Shown here in pieces: positions 23,743-34,093 of a stretch of DNA of 64,000 nucleotides (position 1 is its first letter; every line of letters starts with the position of its first letter). The stretch covers positions 64,316 through 128,315 of the forward strand of contig JBGAQA010000008.1 in NCBI GenBank assembly GCA_044220955.1, read 5' to 3'. The DNA comes from Sandaracinaceae bacterium. GTDB lineage: Bacteria > Myxococcota_A > Polyangia > Polyangiales > Sandaracinaceae. The notes beneath the pieces were generated by a model. The model searched no databases. It was not told the origin of the DNA and was given only the letters and a program-made list of their open reading frames with translations. Position numbers and translations under genes: made by a program.

Positions 23743-24495
23743 TCACGATCCCCTGGCTTCGCGGCTCACGATGCGCGCGCCCACCTCGAGCGCCGCCGCG
23801 GCGAGCACGACGCAGCTCGCCGCGAAGCCGAGCTCGAACGCCGCGCCGCTCGCCACTTCGTCCACGAGCACGTAGCCGATGACCAGGCTGAGCAGGCCGA
23901 TGAAGAACGACGTGTACTGCATGGACGTGCGCACGTCGCTCGAGAGCGCCGAGATCACCGTCCCGATCGTGCCCACGAGCGCGGCCGATGCGGGCGCGCC
24001 CGCGAGGAACGCGACCCACCACGCGGCGCTGCCCCCGAACGCGGGGAAGGGCGCGAGCAGCGGCAGGCGGCCGAGGAGCAGACAGCCCGCCCCGACGAAC
24101 ACGACGTGCAGCAGGGCGGGCAGCGCCATCGCGCCCGCGAGCTTGCCGGCGAGCAGCTCGCGTCGTCCGACGGGCGCGAGCATGAGGAAGGGCAGCGCCC
24201 CGGTGCTTCGATCGTGCAGCACGGAGTAGCCCGAGAGGATGGCGACGTAGAGCGGTAGGCTCGGTCACGAGACCGACGAGCCCGGCCGCCTCGAGCGCGA
24301 GCCGATGCGCGGGGTGCCCGGCCACCGTCACGCGCCCCGACGTCGGCGTGAGCAGACCCGCGAGCAGGAGCAGCAGCGTGCTCTTGCCGCCGCCGTTCGG
24401 CCCCACGACGCCGACCGCCTCGCCTGCCCTCACGCGCGGCGTGATCTCGCGCTGCACGGTGCGCCCCCCGAAGTCGCGGCGCACGTCGTCCATGC
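23743..24495 (-). pseudogene. Fused remnants of an ABC transporter (ATPase N-terminus plus permease C-terminus)
   Basis: GVVGPNGGGKSTLL Walker A with no Walker B or signature motif, then in another frame DRSTGALPFLMLAPVGRRELLAGKL permease helices. Confidence 0.7.
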
Positions 24496-24632
24496 TCGCC
24501 ACGATCTCGCTCGCCGATGGTGCGCGCGGCTTCTTCTTGATCGCGGTGGCGGAGTGTACGGCAACCGGCTCGCGCCGCCTCCGGGACGAGACGCAGGTTT
24601 GAGCCGTCGTTCGCACCGTGGTACGAAATCGG

Positions 24633-24884
24633 ATGGCCAAGCTCAGCATCTCCATCGCGGACGACGATCTCCGATGGCTCGAGCGCCGCGCCAAACGGCT
24701 GCACCGTGGCAACCTCTCCGCCGCCGTCGCGGAGCAGACGCGACTCGCCCGGCACCACGAGGCGCTGGGGGTCATGCTCGATCGACTCGGCGTTCCCGAG
24801 CTGTCCGAGCCAGAGAGCGACGCATGGATCGCCGAGATCGACGGGCGCGCGAAGAAGGCGAAGCGGCGGAAGCGCGCGGCGTGA
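24633..24884 (+). CDS. RHH/CopG-like antitoxin
   Basis: MAKLSISIADDDLRWLERRA..NLSAAVAE; GTGA overlap with a PIN gene; upstream inverted repeat TTCGCACC-GT-GGTACGAA (24610-24627). Confidence 0.75.
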   Translation: MAKLSISIADDDLRWLERRAKRLHRGNLSAAVAEQTRLARHHEALGVMLDRLGVPELSEPESDAWIAEIDGRAKKAKRRKRAA

Positions 24885-25270
24885 ACGAGCCGTTCGGAGG
24901 CGGCCTCACCCTCGACGCGGGCGCGCTGATCGCCCTCGAGCGCCGGGGTGCGAGAGTGACGCGCCTGCTGCGCGCGGCACACGCCCATCATCGGACCGTC
25001 ACGGCCCCGGTCGCGGCGATCGCCGAGTGGTGGCGGGGGCGTAGCGATCGTCGCGAGTGGATCGAGGCGGGCCTCCTCGTGGAGCCGATGGATCGGCAGC
25101 TCGCGCACGTCGCGGGTGAGGCGCTCGCCAGAGTGCGCGGCGCGACCGTGGTCGATGCGATCGTCGCCGCGTCCGCAGCGAGGCGAGGCGACGTGGTGCT
25201 CACCAGCGATCCCGGGGACCTCGCGCGCCTGGCGGCCCACTTCCCCGGGCTGCGTGTCCTCGCGGTCTGA
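24881..25270 (+). CDS. PIN-domain (VapC-like) toxin
   Basis: LTLDAGALIALER, AIAEWWRG, VVDAIVAASA, VLTSDPGDL. Confidence 0.82.
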   Translation: MNEPFGGGLTLDAGALIALERRGARVTRLLRAAHAHHRTVTAPVAAIAEWWRGRSDRREWIEAGLLVEPMDRQLAHVAGEALARVRGATVVDAIVAASAARRGDVVLTSDPGDLARLAAHFPGLRVLAV

Positions 25271-25279
25271 ATGACTGGT

Positions 25280-25383
25280 TCGCAGCTCGCACCGGTCGCG
25301 GCGTGTCTGCGTACGCATGCTCCGCCGACCGAGTCACGGCTCCGCGGTCCGGTGACGGCTCACGTCGTGTTCACGACGCCCTG
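25280..25383 (+). repeat. Orphan copy of the 3' end of gene 29440-30735
   Basis: 104 bp, 3 mismatches versus 30631-30734. Confidence 0.9.
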
Positions 25384-25413
25384 CGACTCGTTTCGCTATG
25401 CTGCGCGACCATC

Positions 25414-27042
25414 GTGCCGAAGCCCAAGGCAGCCAAGAGCCCGAAGTCGTCGCTCGACGCGCTCGCGAGCGCCGCGAAGTGGACGCCCAAGCTCGTCGAC
25501 GCGGCCTTCGCCGAGCACGGCGCGCGCACGCTGAGCGAGCTCGCGCCCCTGCTCGCGCGTCGCGACCTCTTCGAGAAGAACGTCGCGTCCGACACGTGCG
25601 ACTACCTGCTCGTGCACGTGCTCGATCACGCGCTCGACGCCTCGCCGCTCGTCCCCCTGCTCGAGTCCATCGTACGTGCGCCCGCGGCCGATCCCGCGAA
25701 GAGCCCACGCCTCGAGGGCGTGCGGACCTGGGCGATGCTCGTCTTCGCGCGGGACGCGCATCCTGCGTTGCGCCCGCAGCTCGCGCTCATGCTCGCTCGC
25801 CTCCCGCGTCCGCTGGACGCCTACGGAGCGCCGTTCCGGCTCCACACGCTCGCGAGGACCGCGGCGATGCTCGGTGATCCCACGCTCGCCCCGCTCTTCA
25901 CGCCGCTCTTCGACGACCTGCCCTCCCTGACCCAGCCCGTCGCGGACGTGATCGCCGAGGCGCGCGGGTGGATCTCGGACCTCGCGGCGGGAAAGAGGGC
26001 GCAGTGGGTCAGCGTGCCGATCGTGGCCGCGCCCGCACCCGCCATGCCCGCGGTCGCGCCCCGTCGCGTCGTCGTGGAGACCGACGAGCCGACCCCTCCG
26101 GCGCACACCGAGGACGGCCGCCTGCCGGGCGCGTTCGCCGCGCTGTGCTGCGATCTGCACCTCGAGCCGCTGGTGTTCGCCGATCGGGAAGGCCTCGGGT
26201 CGGCCCTCGCCGTCTTGCGTGAGGCGCTCGGCGATCGCCTCGCGTACACCGTCGACTCTCGGCGTGGCACGCGTGTCGTCCGGCATCGCAGCGAGCACTT
26301 CGACGACCTCGTGGATGGAGTCGCGTTCCTCACGCCCGAGTCGGATGCCAAGGCCACGCCGCTGGTGGCCGCGACCGCGGACACGCCGACCGGTGGGCCG
26401 TGGATCCTGGATGTCGCCTTCAAGGGGCCGAGCGCGGGAGACGACGCACCGGGAGAAGCCTCGCCGTGGACGCTCTCGTTCTACGCCGAGGTGGCTCCTC
26501 CGCGCGCAGCCCCGTACCTGCCGGTGGTGCCCGCGCTCCTGCGCTTCTCGGTGCCGCTCACGTTTCCGCGCGCGCGCTTCCAGAACCTCGTCGCGCGCGT
26601 CGCCTCGTCGCTGCGCGTGCGCTGGGGCAACGCGGGCCTCGGCTACGCCACGTGGGCCTACCTGGGCGGCTCGCGCGGTGAGCACGAGCAGCACGCAGCG
26701 CAGCACCCGAGCTTCGATCGCGGCGATCACGCGGGGCACATGCTCGCGCTGCTCGAGCGCGTGCGCAGCGTCAGCTGGCTCACGCTGATCGGCTCGGTGC
26801 TCTGGTGGCGCCTGCCCGAGGCGAGCCGCGACGCGCTGATCGCCGAGCTCGACGTCACGCGCGTCGGTGCGTGCGTGATCGTGCGCCTGCCGACCGTGCC
26901 CGACGCAGCCACGCGCGAGACGCCCGCCGCCTACGCGAGAGCGGACGCGCTCATCCGAGCGATCCGGCTCGAGACCGTCGACGAGAGCTACGTCGGCGAG
27001 GCGCGCGGCCTTCCGGCCTGGCTCGAGCGCTTCCACGCGTGA
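25414..27042 (+). CDS. DUF3396-like (T6SS immunity-type) protein with an N-terminal extension
   Basis: WGNAGLGY, RVRSVSWLTLIG, PAAYARADALIRAIR, terminal WLERF. Confidence 0.65.
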   Translation: MPKPKAAKSPKSSLDALASAAKWTPKLVDAAFAEHGARTLSELAPLLARRDLFEKNVASDTCDYLLVHVLDHALDASPLVPLLESIVRAPAADPAKSPRLEGVRTWAMLVFARDAHPALRPQLALMLARLPRPLDAYGAPFRLHTLARTAAMLGDPTLAPLFTPLFDDLPSLTQPVADVIAEARGWISDLAAGKRAQWVSVPIVAAPAPAMPAVAPRRVVVETDEPTPPAHTEDGRLPGAFAALCCDLHLEPLVFADREGLGSALAVLREALGDRLAYTVDSRRGTRVVRHRSEHFDDLVDGVAFLTPESDAKATPLVAATADTPTGGPWILDVAFKGPSAGDDAPGEASPWTLSFYAEVAPPRAAPYLPVVPALLRFSVPLTFPRARFQNLVARVASSLRVRWGNAGLGYATWAYLGGSRGEHEQHAAQHPSFDRGDHAGHMLALLERVRSVSWLTLIGSVLWWRLPEASRDALIAELDVTRVGACVIVRLPTVPDAATRETPAAYARADALIRAIRLETVDESYVGEARGLPAWLERFHA

Positions 27043-27346
27043 CGTTCAGGTACGGACGGGTGCGGCGGGGGGGTTGCGTAGTGCGGGCGTATGGCTCGGC
27101 GGCGCAGCGGGGGCCCCCGAAGTGCGGGGGGCGTGCTCGACGTGGGCGAGCAGGGCCGCGCGAAGTTGCGGACGCGTGCCGCGCCGGTCGTGCGAGGGGC
27201 TGCGAAGTGCGGGGCGCGAGGATCGGCGGCGCGAGGGGCGAGCACACGAGTGCCGGCGCGTGGTGGTCCGGACGAGGAGTGACCCCGCGATCCGCGGGCG
27301 CGGTGCCGCATCGGTCGGGTGGCGTGCCGCTACGGCGCGCTCCCGA

Positions 27347-28358
27347 TCAGGGGCGAGCCACGATCTCGAACGAGGCCGCGTCGGGCGAGCTCGGCGCCGG
27401 GGTGCACGTCACGCCGTGCGGCGCGACGGTTCCGCTCGCGGGCACGATGATCGTGCCGAGCGCCCAGTGCCCGACGATCGCGACGACCACGCCGGAAGGC
27501 GCGAAGGTGCACGCGCTCGCGTCGTCGCTCAGATCGAGCGCCTCGATGAGCAGGTCGCCCGCCGTGGACGCCACGCCCCCGAACATGAACGGCGCGTGGA
27601 GCGGGCCGATCGTGCGCGTGCCCGCCGCGCTCGCGCCGTGCGCGACCACGATCACCCAGCTCGCACCGCCGGACGCGGGGAAGCGATAGCGCGCCGGGCT
27701 GCTCGCCTCGTCCGCGGCCGCGTGCCTCTGCGCTCCTTCGGCGTAGGCGCCGCGCGCGAGGCCGACGCCCAAGGAAGTCCAGCCCGTGCCGGTCACGGGC
27801 GCGATCGGGCCGCTCTCTCCCGGCCGCTCGAGCAGGAGGATCACGATGTCTCCGAGCGCGGCGTCCTGGGGCGGCTCGATCTGCACCCAGCCAGCGACGC
27901 TGCCCGTCGCGCCGCCGTGGAACGTGAGCTCCACGGGCGCCGGCGCACCCGCGTCGCCGCGGCTCGCGTCGAAGAGCACGTTGCCCACGTCGTTGGCGGC
28001 GTCCACGCCCGGGCGCGCATCCGGACGGCCGGTGTCCGCCGCGATGCCCGCGTCGGCCGGAGCGTCGGCGTCGTCGGAAGGGCCAGCGTCGAGCTGCGCG
28101 GCGTCCATGGTCTGGCCCGCATCCACGCCGCTCGGGACGGGCACGCAGCGCGCGCGCCCGTCGCCGATAGGCTCACACGTGGCGTCGCGCGGGCACTCCA
28201 CCACGCTCGTGCACGCGTTCACGCACTCCCCGCGCACGCAGAGCAAGGGCGCGCGGCAAGCCCTCGAGGTGCACACGTCGTCGTCGAGCGCGCACGTGCC
28301 GCCGCCAGCCACGAGGAGGCAGCGCGTGCCGACCGGACAGTCGCGGTTCTCGCCGGCG
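27347..28358 (-). pseudogene. Cys-rich protein with DAG linker, apparently 5'-truncated
   Basis: RDCPVGTRC..CTSVVECP repeats and DAG-rich linker; no signal peptide or start before the upstream gene's stop. Confidence 0.5.
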
Positions 28359-28359
28359 C

Positions 28360-29370
28360 CTACTCGGTCGCGAGCTGGGCACGGGCACAGGTCGCCCACG
28401 GCGCCAGAGGCGTCGACTCGCTGTCCGCCGTGAGCTGCACCAGCAGCGGCCCGGTCGGCGCGCCGCGACGCTGCGCGAGGCGGACCGCCATCCAGGAGGC
28501 ACGCGCGCGAGAGAGCGCGACCTCGGGACCTTCGACGCCGAGCTGATCGGCGAGGGTCCGGGCGCTCGCGTAGCTCTCGGCCGCGCGCTCGAGCTGGTCC
28601 AGCGCCTCGCGCTCTGCGCCGATGAGCAGCGCCGCGTCGACCGCGAGGAAGCTCGGCGCGTACTCGTCGACGAGGCGCGTGAGCGCGGCGAGGCTGCGCG
28701 CCAGATCGCCGAGCGTCCACGCCGCGTACGCGAGGGCCGCCAGGGCGCCCTCTGCGTTCACCGTCTGCGGGAACTCCTCGATCAGCAGCTCCCAGTAGCG
28801 GACCTCGTTCTCGAGGGCGTCGTGCTCGTCTCGCTGCTGGTCCGCGATCCGGCACGCGATCTCCTCGCGCTGAGCCGTCGTCGTGGCGCGTGCCAGCTCG
28901 AGCTCGACCTCGGCGCGGGACGGCACCGCCGTGAACCGGTCGAACGCCTCGGCCACCTCGATCAGGAGCCGCTCGCGACGCGGATCACCGCGAGGGTAGC
29001 GCTCCAAGAGCTGCATCATCGGCCAGGGCCCGGGGTCCACAGGATCGAGCTGGCGTGCCGGGCCCGACTGCGAGCCGAGCGAGAACGGCACGTACGAGAG
29101 CGGATCGGCCGGGCAGGTGTCACGCTCGAGATCGAGGGACCGAGGGACGTCGACACGCGTCAGCCCGAGGATGCGCGCGAGGCAAGCGCGGGCCGCCTCG
29201 GTGTCGGCGACGTCCGCAGCAGGCCCGGCGTCGGCAGGTGTCGCTGGCGCGGTCGTCGTCACCTCGGTGCCTTCGGTCTCGGCGGTGGGTGGTGTCGCGG
29301 GTGCGGCCGTTGCCTGCGCGGCGCATCCCGCGAGCCACACGAGCGCTACGGCGATGGGTCGTCGGTTCAT
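28360..29370 (-). CDS. Lipoprotein with TPR-like C-terminus
   Basis: MNRRPIAVALVWLAGC lipobox; LIEEFPQT and LVDEYAPS TPR-type turns. Confidence 0.65.
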   Translation of the reverse strand: MNRRPIAVALVWLAGCAAQATAAPATPPTAETEGTEVTTTAPATPADAGPAADVADTEAARACLARILGLTRVDVPRSLDLERDTCPADPLSYVPFSLGSQSGPARQLDPVDPGPWPMMQLLERYPRGDPRRERLLIEVAEAFDRFTAVPSRAEVELELARATTTAQREEIACRIADQQRDEHDALENEVRYWELLIEEFPQTVNAEGALAALAYAAWTLGDLARSLAALTRLVDEYAPSFLAVDAALLIGAEREALDQLERAAESYASARTLADQLGVEGPEVALSRARASWMAVRLAQRRGAPTGPLLVQLTADSESTPLAPWATCARAQLATE

Positions 29371-29439
29371 CTCGGCATCGTGGGCCGGGCGCTGCGATGG
29401 CGCACCGCCCCCCCGCCCCGTGCGATGCTGGTGGTCACG

Positions 29440-30735
29440 ATGCGACCTCCGGCCCTCGGCGTCCTCGCCCTCTGCCTCGTGTTCGCTCCATCCGTGCACG
29501 CACAGACCGTCGACCTCGGCGAGATCGAGATCGTCGTGCCCCGTGGGGAGCCGCCGACCTACGTGATGCCGCAGCTCGAGGTCCCGGCACCGACGGCCGC
29601 GGACGTGCCGGCGTCCGCGTCCGACGAGCTCGAGCGATGGCGGGCGGCGTGCGGTGCCGCTGTCTCGGCCGCCGACTGCCCGGCTGCTGCCGCGGCGCTG
29701 CTGGCGGCTCTCGAGCCCTCGGAGCCCTCGCTCTCGCGACCGGCGCTTCTGCTCGTCGGCATGCTCCGCTATCACGCCGCCGGGTGGGCCCTCGCGGCGG
29801 CGTGCGACGCCTGTGCCGACGCGCCGGGGCCGTGCGAGAGCTGTTCCGACGTGCCCGACCAGACCCGTGCGATCACTACGTGGTCGCGGATCACGGGCGA
29901 CGACACGGTCGCGGCGTACGCACGCTACGAGCGCGCCACATGCCTGGCCGACGCGGGGCAGAGCGACGAGGCCGTCGCGGGCTTCGACGCGGTGCTCGAC
30001 GCCCATGGCCTGCCGGACGAGCTCGTCGCGGCCGCCGCGTTCTACCGGGGTGTCATCGGGGGCGTCGACGATGCGCGCTCCGTGGCGCGCACGTACGGGC
30101 GATGCGCGGGGCTCGGCGTGCCGGAGCTCTCGGAGAGCTGTCGAGAGGTCGCCGTCGACGAGCTCGACCGGCTGCGGCTCGTGGACGAGCCGATCGCGCT
30201 CCTCGTGCCACGCCTCTCCTCGGCCGACGAGACGACGGCGTTTCGAGCCGCGGATCTCATCGCGTTCATCCTCGCGAGGGCTGGCGCCGGCGCGGCCTCG
30301 CATCTGCCGACCACGATCACCTCCCCGGCGCGCGCCGCAATCCTCGGGCGAACGGCCCTGCTGCTCGAGCGCCAGGGGCTGCTCACGTGGGCCCTCGAGG
30401 CGGTCCAGGCCGCGAACGCCGTCGTGCCCAACTCCGGCAGGACCGAGCTCATCACGGCGCTGACCGCACGTCGCGCCGCGACCGCCGACGCTCCAGAGCC
30501 GTGGCTGCGTCGAGCGATCGCGTTCTGCCTCGGGCGACCGGCGTGGCCCACGGGGGCGTTCGGGGTCCGCTGGAGCTTCGGGCCGACGGGTGCTCGGGCG
30601 ATGCGGGTCGTCGTCGAGCGCGACGACGGCTCGCAGCTCGCACCGGTCGCGGCGTGTCTGCGTACGCATGCTCCGCCCACCGAGTCACGGCTCCGCGGCG
30701 CGGTGACGGCTCACGTCGTGTTCACGACGCCCTGA
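29440..30735 (+). CDS. Secreted hypothetical protein, TPR-like
   Basis: Signal peptide ending VHAQ; ARYERATCLADAG helical repeat. Confidence 0.6.
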   Translation: MRPPALGVLALCLVFAPSVHAQTVDLGEIEIVVPRGEPPTYVMPQLEVPAPTAADVPASASDELERWRAACGAAVSAADCPAAAAALLAALEPSEPSLSRPALLLVGMLRYHAAGWALAAACDACADAPGPCESCSDVPDQTRAITTWSRITGDDTVAAYARYERATCLADAGQSDEAVAGFDAVLDAHGLPDELVAAAAFYRGVIGGVDDARSVARTYGRCAGLGVPELSESCREVAVDELDRLRLVDEPIALLVPRLSSADETTAFRAADLIAFILARAGAGAASHLPTTITSPARAAILGRTALLLERQGLLTWALEAVQAANAVVPNSGRTELITALTARRAATADAPEPWLRRAIAFCLGRPAWPTGAFGVRWSFGPTGARAMRVVVERDDGSQLAPVAACLRTHAPPTESRLRGAVTAHVVFTTP

Positions 30736-30775
30736 GGTCGCGGCACGACGCAGCGCGCGCGCCGACAGGCGAGCC

Positions 30776-31132
30776 TCAGCGCGCGAGCGGAACGAGCTTG
30801 CTCCGGAGCATCTTGCGATCGCGGGTCACGAGCGCTGCGCCGTGAACCATGCTCGTGGCTGCGATCAGCTCGTCGGCGGGATCGCTCCGGAAGTCGAGGC
30901 GCGTCGACGCGCGCGCGACCGCGAGATCGATCGGCCACACGTGAACGCTGTGAACGGCGCGTTCGAGGCGTTCGGCGTCGATCGTGAGGCGACCGAGCTG
31001 GCGGAGCTTCTCGATCTCCCAGAGTACGATCGCCGAGATGCTCCACGGCTCGCGAACGAGGAGTCGCTCTTCGGCAGGACGAAGCTCACCGGCGAGCGCG
31101 TGGACGAGGACGTGCGTGTCGAGGTTCAGCAT
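30776..31132 (-). CDS. vapC: VapC/PIN-domain toxin
   Basis: LNLDTHVLV, ISAIVLWEI, DPADELIAAT, LVTRD. Confidence 0.88.
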   Translation of the reverse strand: MLNLDTHVLVHALAGELRPAEERLLVREPWSISAIVLWEIEKLRQLGRLTIDAERLERAVHSVHVWPIDLAVARASTRLDFRSDPADELIAATSMVHGAALVTRDRKMLRSKLVPLAR

Positions 31133-31337
31133 CCCAGCGGACTCCCGTGGTCATGATGTCGCCGTGAACCGCGACGTGCCCGGCGAGCGCGCCGATCAAG
31201 CTGGCCGGCGCCTGGCGGAAGGGCACGAGACGGGCGACGGGGCGGCCATGCTTCGTGATGACGATGCCGTCGTCGTCGACGTGATCGAGCAACGAAAGAC
31301 ACTCGCTCTTGAACTTCGCTGCCCCGATCGTGCGCAT
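31086..31337 (-). CDS. Phd/YefM-family antitoxin
   Basis: IGAAKFKSECLSLLD..IVITKHGRPVARLVP. Confidence 0.85.
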   Translation of the reverse strand: MRTIGAAKFKSECLSLLDHVDDDGIVITKHGRPVARLVPFRQAPASLIGALAGHVAVHGDIMTTGVRWDAEPRHARPRPRARR

Positions 31338-31394
31338 GACACAACCTAGCGCGGGCGACGCCGGATGACCAGTAGTGTGGCCACTCCGCGCTGC

Positions 31395-31639
31395 CCGACA
31401 CGTGCGACTACCTGCTCGTGTGCGATGCGCTGATCGCCGAGCTCGACGTCACGCGCATCGGCGCGTGCGTGATGGTGCGACTGCCGATCGCGCCCGACAC
31501 AGCCACGCGCGAGCCGCCCGCCGCCTACACGAGAGCGGACGCGCTCATTCGAGCGATCCGGCTCGAGACCGTCGACGAGAGCTACGTCGGTGAGGCGCGC
31601 GGCCTGCCGGCCTGGCTCGAGCGCTTCCACGCGTGACGT
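31395..31639 (+). pseudogene. Internally deleted second copy of the DUF3396-like gene
   Basis: 31395-31420 equals 25589-25614 exactly; 31422-31639 matches 26828-27045 with about 13 mismatches. Confidence 0.85.
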
Positions 31640-31667
31640 GCGTCACCGCCGGGGGCTCGAGCGGGTC

Positions 31668-33077
31668 TCAGCGCAGCCCCAGCACGAACGCACCGCTGTA
31701 CGTGCGCACCCTGGGGAGACCGGTCCCGATCGGACTCCCGGTGTACGTCCCGGTGACGAGGATCCGATCACCGCTGACGGTGACCGCACGAGGCACCAGA
31801 CCGCCGGCCTCGCCCGGGAGCACGGCATCGACGACCGCGAGCGTCTCGGTGTCGACGCGTGTGATGATCGTCGCGCCCTGGCTCTCGCCCACCACCCAGG
31901 CGCCGCGGCACGCGTCGAGCGCGATGTCGTGAACGGCATCGTCCGCGTCGAGGCCGACGCGCGTGAGCCCGATGTCGTGACCCGTGCTCGCGTCGAGCAC
32001 GACCACGACGCCGTCGGTACCTCCGAGCGCGGGCGTGCTGGGCGTCACGCCGGGATCGCCCGGGCCCACGTAGCCCACCGCGATCACGCGCGAGCCCGCG
32101 ATGACCACGCGCTCGAGCGCTTCGTTCCGCGAGGAACTGTCGGTGGTGCCGACGGCGCGCACCCACCGCGTGTGACCTGCAGCGCTGAACGACATCACGT
32201 ACCCGTCGTCGTCGCCCTGGCTCGTCGCCATCATCCCGTCGTCGGACGACACGTAGTGTCCGAAGTGGCCGACCACGTACACGTCACCGGCGTCGTCGGT
32301 CGCGAGACCCTCGACATCGGCGGACCAGCCATCGAGGCAGCGCATCCAACGGATCGTCCCTGCGTCGTCGAAGGCCGCGACGAACGAGAAGCCGCTGTCG
32401 CAGCGCTCGGTGCCGAGGACGAGCGAGCCCTGGAAGCTGCCGCCGATCACGTAGCCGTCGGCGCCCACGGCGAGCGCGTCGAGCTCGACGTCGAGGTCGG
32501 CCGCGATGGTGGTCACCGTGGTGGTCCCGCCAGCCGGGGTGCGCGCGACGAAGCCCACCGGCGTGCTCGACGCGACGGTGAAGCTCTCGCCCTCGATGTC
32601 GTTGGGCGTGGCGAACCAGCCGACGGCAAAGACCTCGCCGGCCGCGCTCGTGGCCAGCTCGGCGATCATGCTCCCCTGGTTGTCGCCGTAGTGTGTGATC
32701 GCCCCGAGTCCCGGTGGCGCATCGGTCCAGGTGCCCCGAAGCCCCTGGTAGTACGACGCGACGGGCGCCTCCTGGTGCCCGCCGAGCACGAACGTGCCTG
32801 GGGTGGAGCCGCTCGTGACCGCGAACATCCACACGTTGGGGTTGGTCTCGAAGACGCGGTTCACGTACACGATCTCGGCGGGCGGCCGACTCACGCACCC
32901 CGCATCCACGTTGGCGTCTGGCGGGGCGGCGTCGGTCGCGCCGCCATCGCGGCTCGCGTCGCTCACGAACGCGTCGTCCGGCCCCGCGTCGGGCGCGCCA
33001 CCGGCATCGGGCGACGCCTCGGTAGACGATGCGCACCCCGACGAGGCGAGCAGGGCCAGCAGGACGAGCGTTCGCAT
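31668..33077 (-). CDS. Beta-propeller (SBBP-like) lipoprotein
   Basis: LASSGC lipobox, DAG linker, repeats GDVYVVGHF / FVAAFDDAGTIRW / RILVTGTY. Confidence 0.72.
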   Translation of the reverse strand: MRTLVLLALLASSGCASSTEASPDAGGAPDAGPDDAFVSDASRDGGATDAAPPDANVDAGCVSRPPAEIVYVNRVFETNPNVWMFAVTSGSTPGTFVLGGHQEAPVASYYQGLRGTWTDAPPGLGAITHYGDNQGSMIAELATSAAGEVFAVGWFATPNDIEGESFTVASSTPVGFVARTPAGGTTTVTTIAADLDVELDALAVGADGYVIGGSFQGSLVLGTERCDSGFSFVAAFDDAGTIRWMRCLDGWSADVEGLATDDAGDVYVVGHFGHYVSSDDGMMATSQGDDDGYVMSFSAAGHTRWVRAVGTTDSSSRNEALERVVIAGSRVIAVGYVGPGDPGVTPSTPALGGTDGVVVVLDASTGHDIGLTRVGLDADDAVHDIALDACRGAWVVGESQGATIITRVDTETLAVVDAVLPGEAGGLVPRAVTVSGDRILVTGTYTGSPIGTGLPRVRTYSGAFVLGLR

Positions 33078-33126
33078 GAGTCGATGAGGGTCGGCGCATC
33101 GGCGCGCGCCGTCAACGCGCCGGCGC

Positions 33127-33208
33127 CGCCGACTCGAGCGCTTCGACGCGTCATCCCGGGCGAGGGCTAGCGGGTGCCCAGGAGGCCTGTACCATCGGGA
33201 ACGGACGT
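33127..33208 (+). repeat. Degenerate intergenic spacer element, copy 1 (others at 37129-37233, 38798-38866, partial 33762-33774)
   Basis: Shared blocks CGCCGACTCGAGC, CCGGG(GG)C(G/A)AGG, GTACCATC and CCAT.GGGAACGGACGT. Confidence 0.6.
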
Positions 33209-33212
33209 CCAC

Positions 33213-33631
33213 TCACGGTGCGCAGCGCAGGCGGCACACGTTGCTGCCGTCGGGCCGCGGGAGACAGACGAGACCCTCGTCGCACCAGTGCGTGCCGTCG
33301 CACGAAGCGCCCGCACCGAGGTGGTCCTCGCCGGCCTGACAGGTCCAGCGTCCGCTCCCGTCGTCGAAGCACCCGAACTCGCAAGGGCCGATGAGGGCTG
33401 GGGACGCCGGGTCGCACGGCTCACCTCGTGCGAGCCAGGCCGCTGCAGGCCCGTGGCCCAGCTTCCTTCCCGGTAGCACGCCGCCCAGCGCGCGCAGGTG
33501 CGCGTCCGGTACATCTCCTGCGCGGCGAGCACCTCCGCGAGCTGCGGGCACGGGCTCACGTGCTCCTGCGTGCACGCGACGAGCGCGAGCGTCGCGCCGA
33601 GCCCCAGCGCCGTGATCCGCGTCCCGCCCAT
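33213..33631 (-). pseudogene. Frameshifted or internally deleted Cys-rich lipoprotein
   Basis: Lipobox LVAC in one frame; Cys-rich C-terminus GEPCD..GASCDGTHWCDEGLVC in another. Confidence 0.55.
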
Positions 33632-33775
33632 CGCCCACGAGTGTCGCCTGCCCGCCTCTGTGCGTCGATGGAGGCCCACTGTGCTGGTGAGCGCGGCGCT
33701 CTCCGGCGACCCGACCAAGCGGGGCGAGTCCGCGAGATCGTCGCCGTGCTCTGACCCGCGTCGCCGACTCGAGCG

Positions 33776-34093
33776 TCACCGGCCCGCGGCGGCGCGCGTG
33801 CGGAGCTTGGGGAGCAGACCGCGGACCGCGCCCCACACCGCGAGCACGACGATGTCCTCGCTCGCGAAGTGAAAGTAGATGTGACGGTGAACGCGCGGGA
33901 CGTGGTGGCGTCGAACCTCGAGAGCTCCGACGCGCCTGTAGAGCGGGAGAGCTCGCGCGATCTCTGGCAGCGTCCGAAATGCGTCCTCGAGCTCCGTCAC
34001 CAGAAGCTGGGGCGCCTCCGGCCGATTCTCCATCCACCACCCGCGCGCCTCGACGATGTCCGTGCGCGCGCCTGGGGCGAAGACGATGCTCAT
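33776..34093 (-). CDS. RelE/ParE-family toxin
   Basis: IVFAPGARTDIVEARGWW..ELEDAFRTL..HIYF..IVVLAVW. Confidence 0.8.
   Translation of the reverse strand: MSIVFAPGARTDIVEARGWWMENRPEAPQLLVTELEDAFRTLPEIARALPLYRRVGALEVRRHHVPRVHRHIYFHFASEDIVVLAVWGAVRGLLPKLRTRAAAGR

Noticed and set aside
31086..31132. Extended antitoxin/toxin overlap as a special regulatory feature
   Set aside because: Most simply a lost stop codon giving a short read-through tail.
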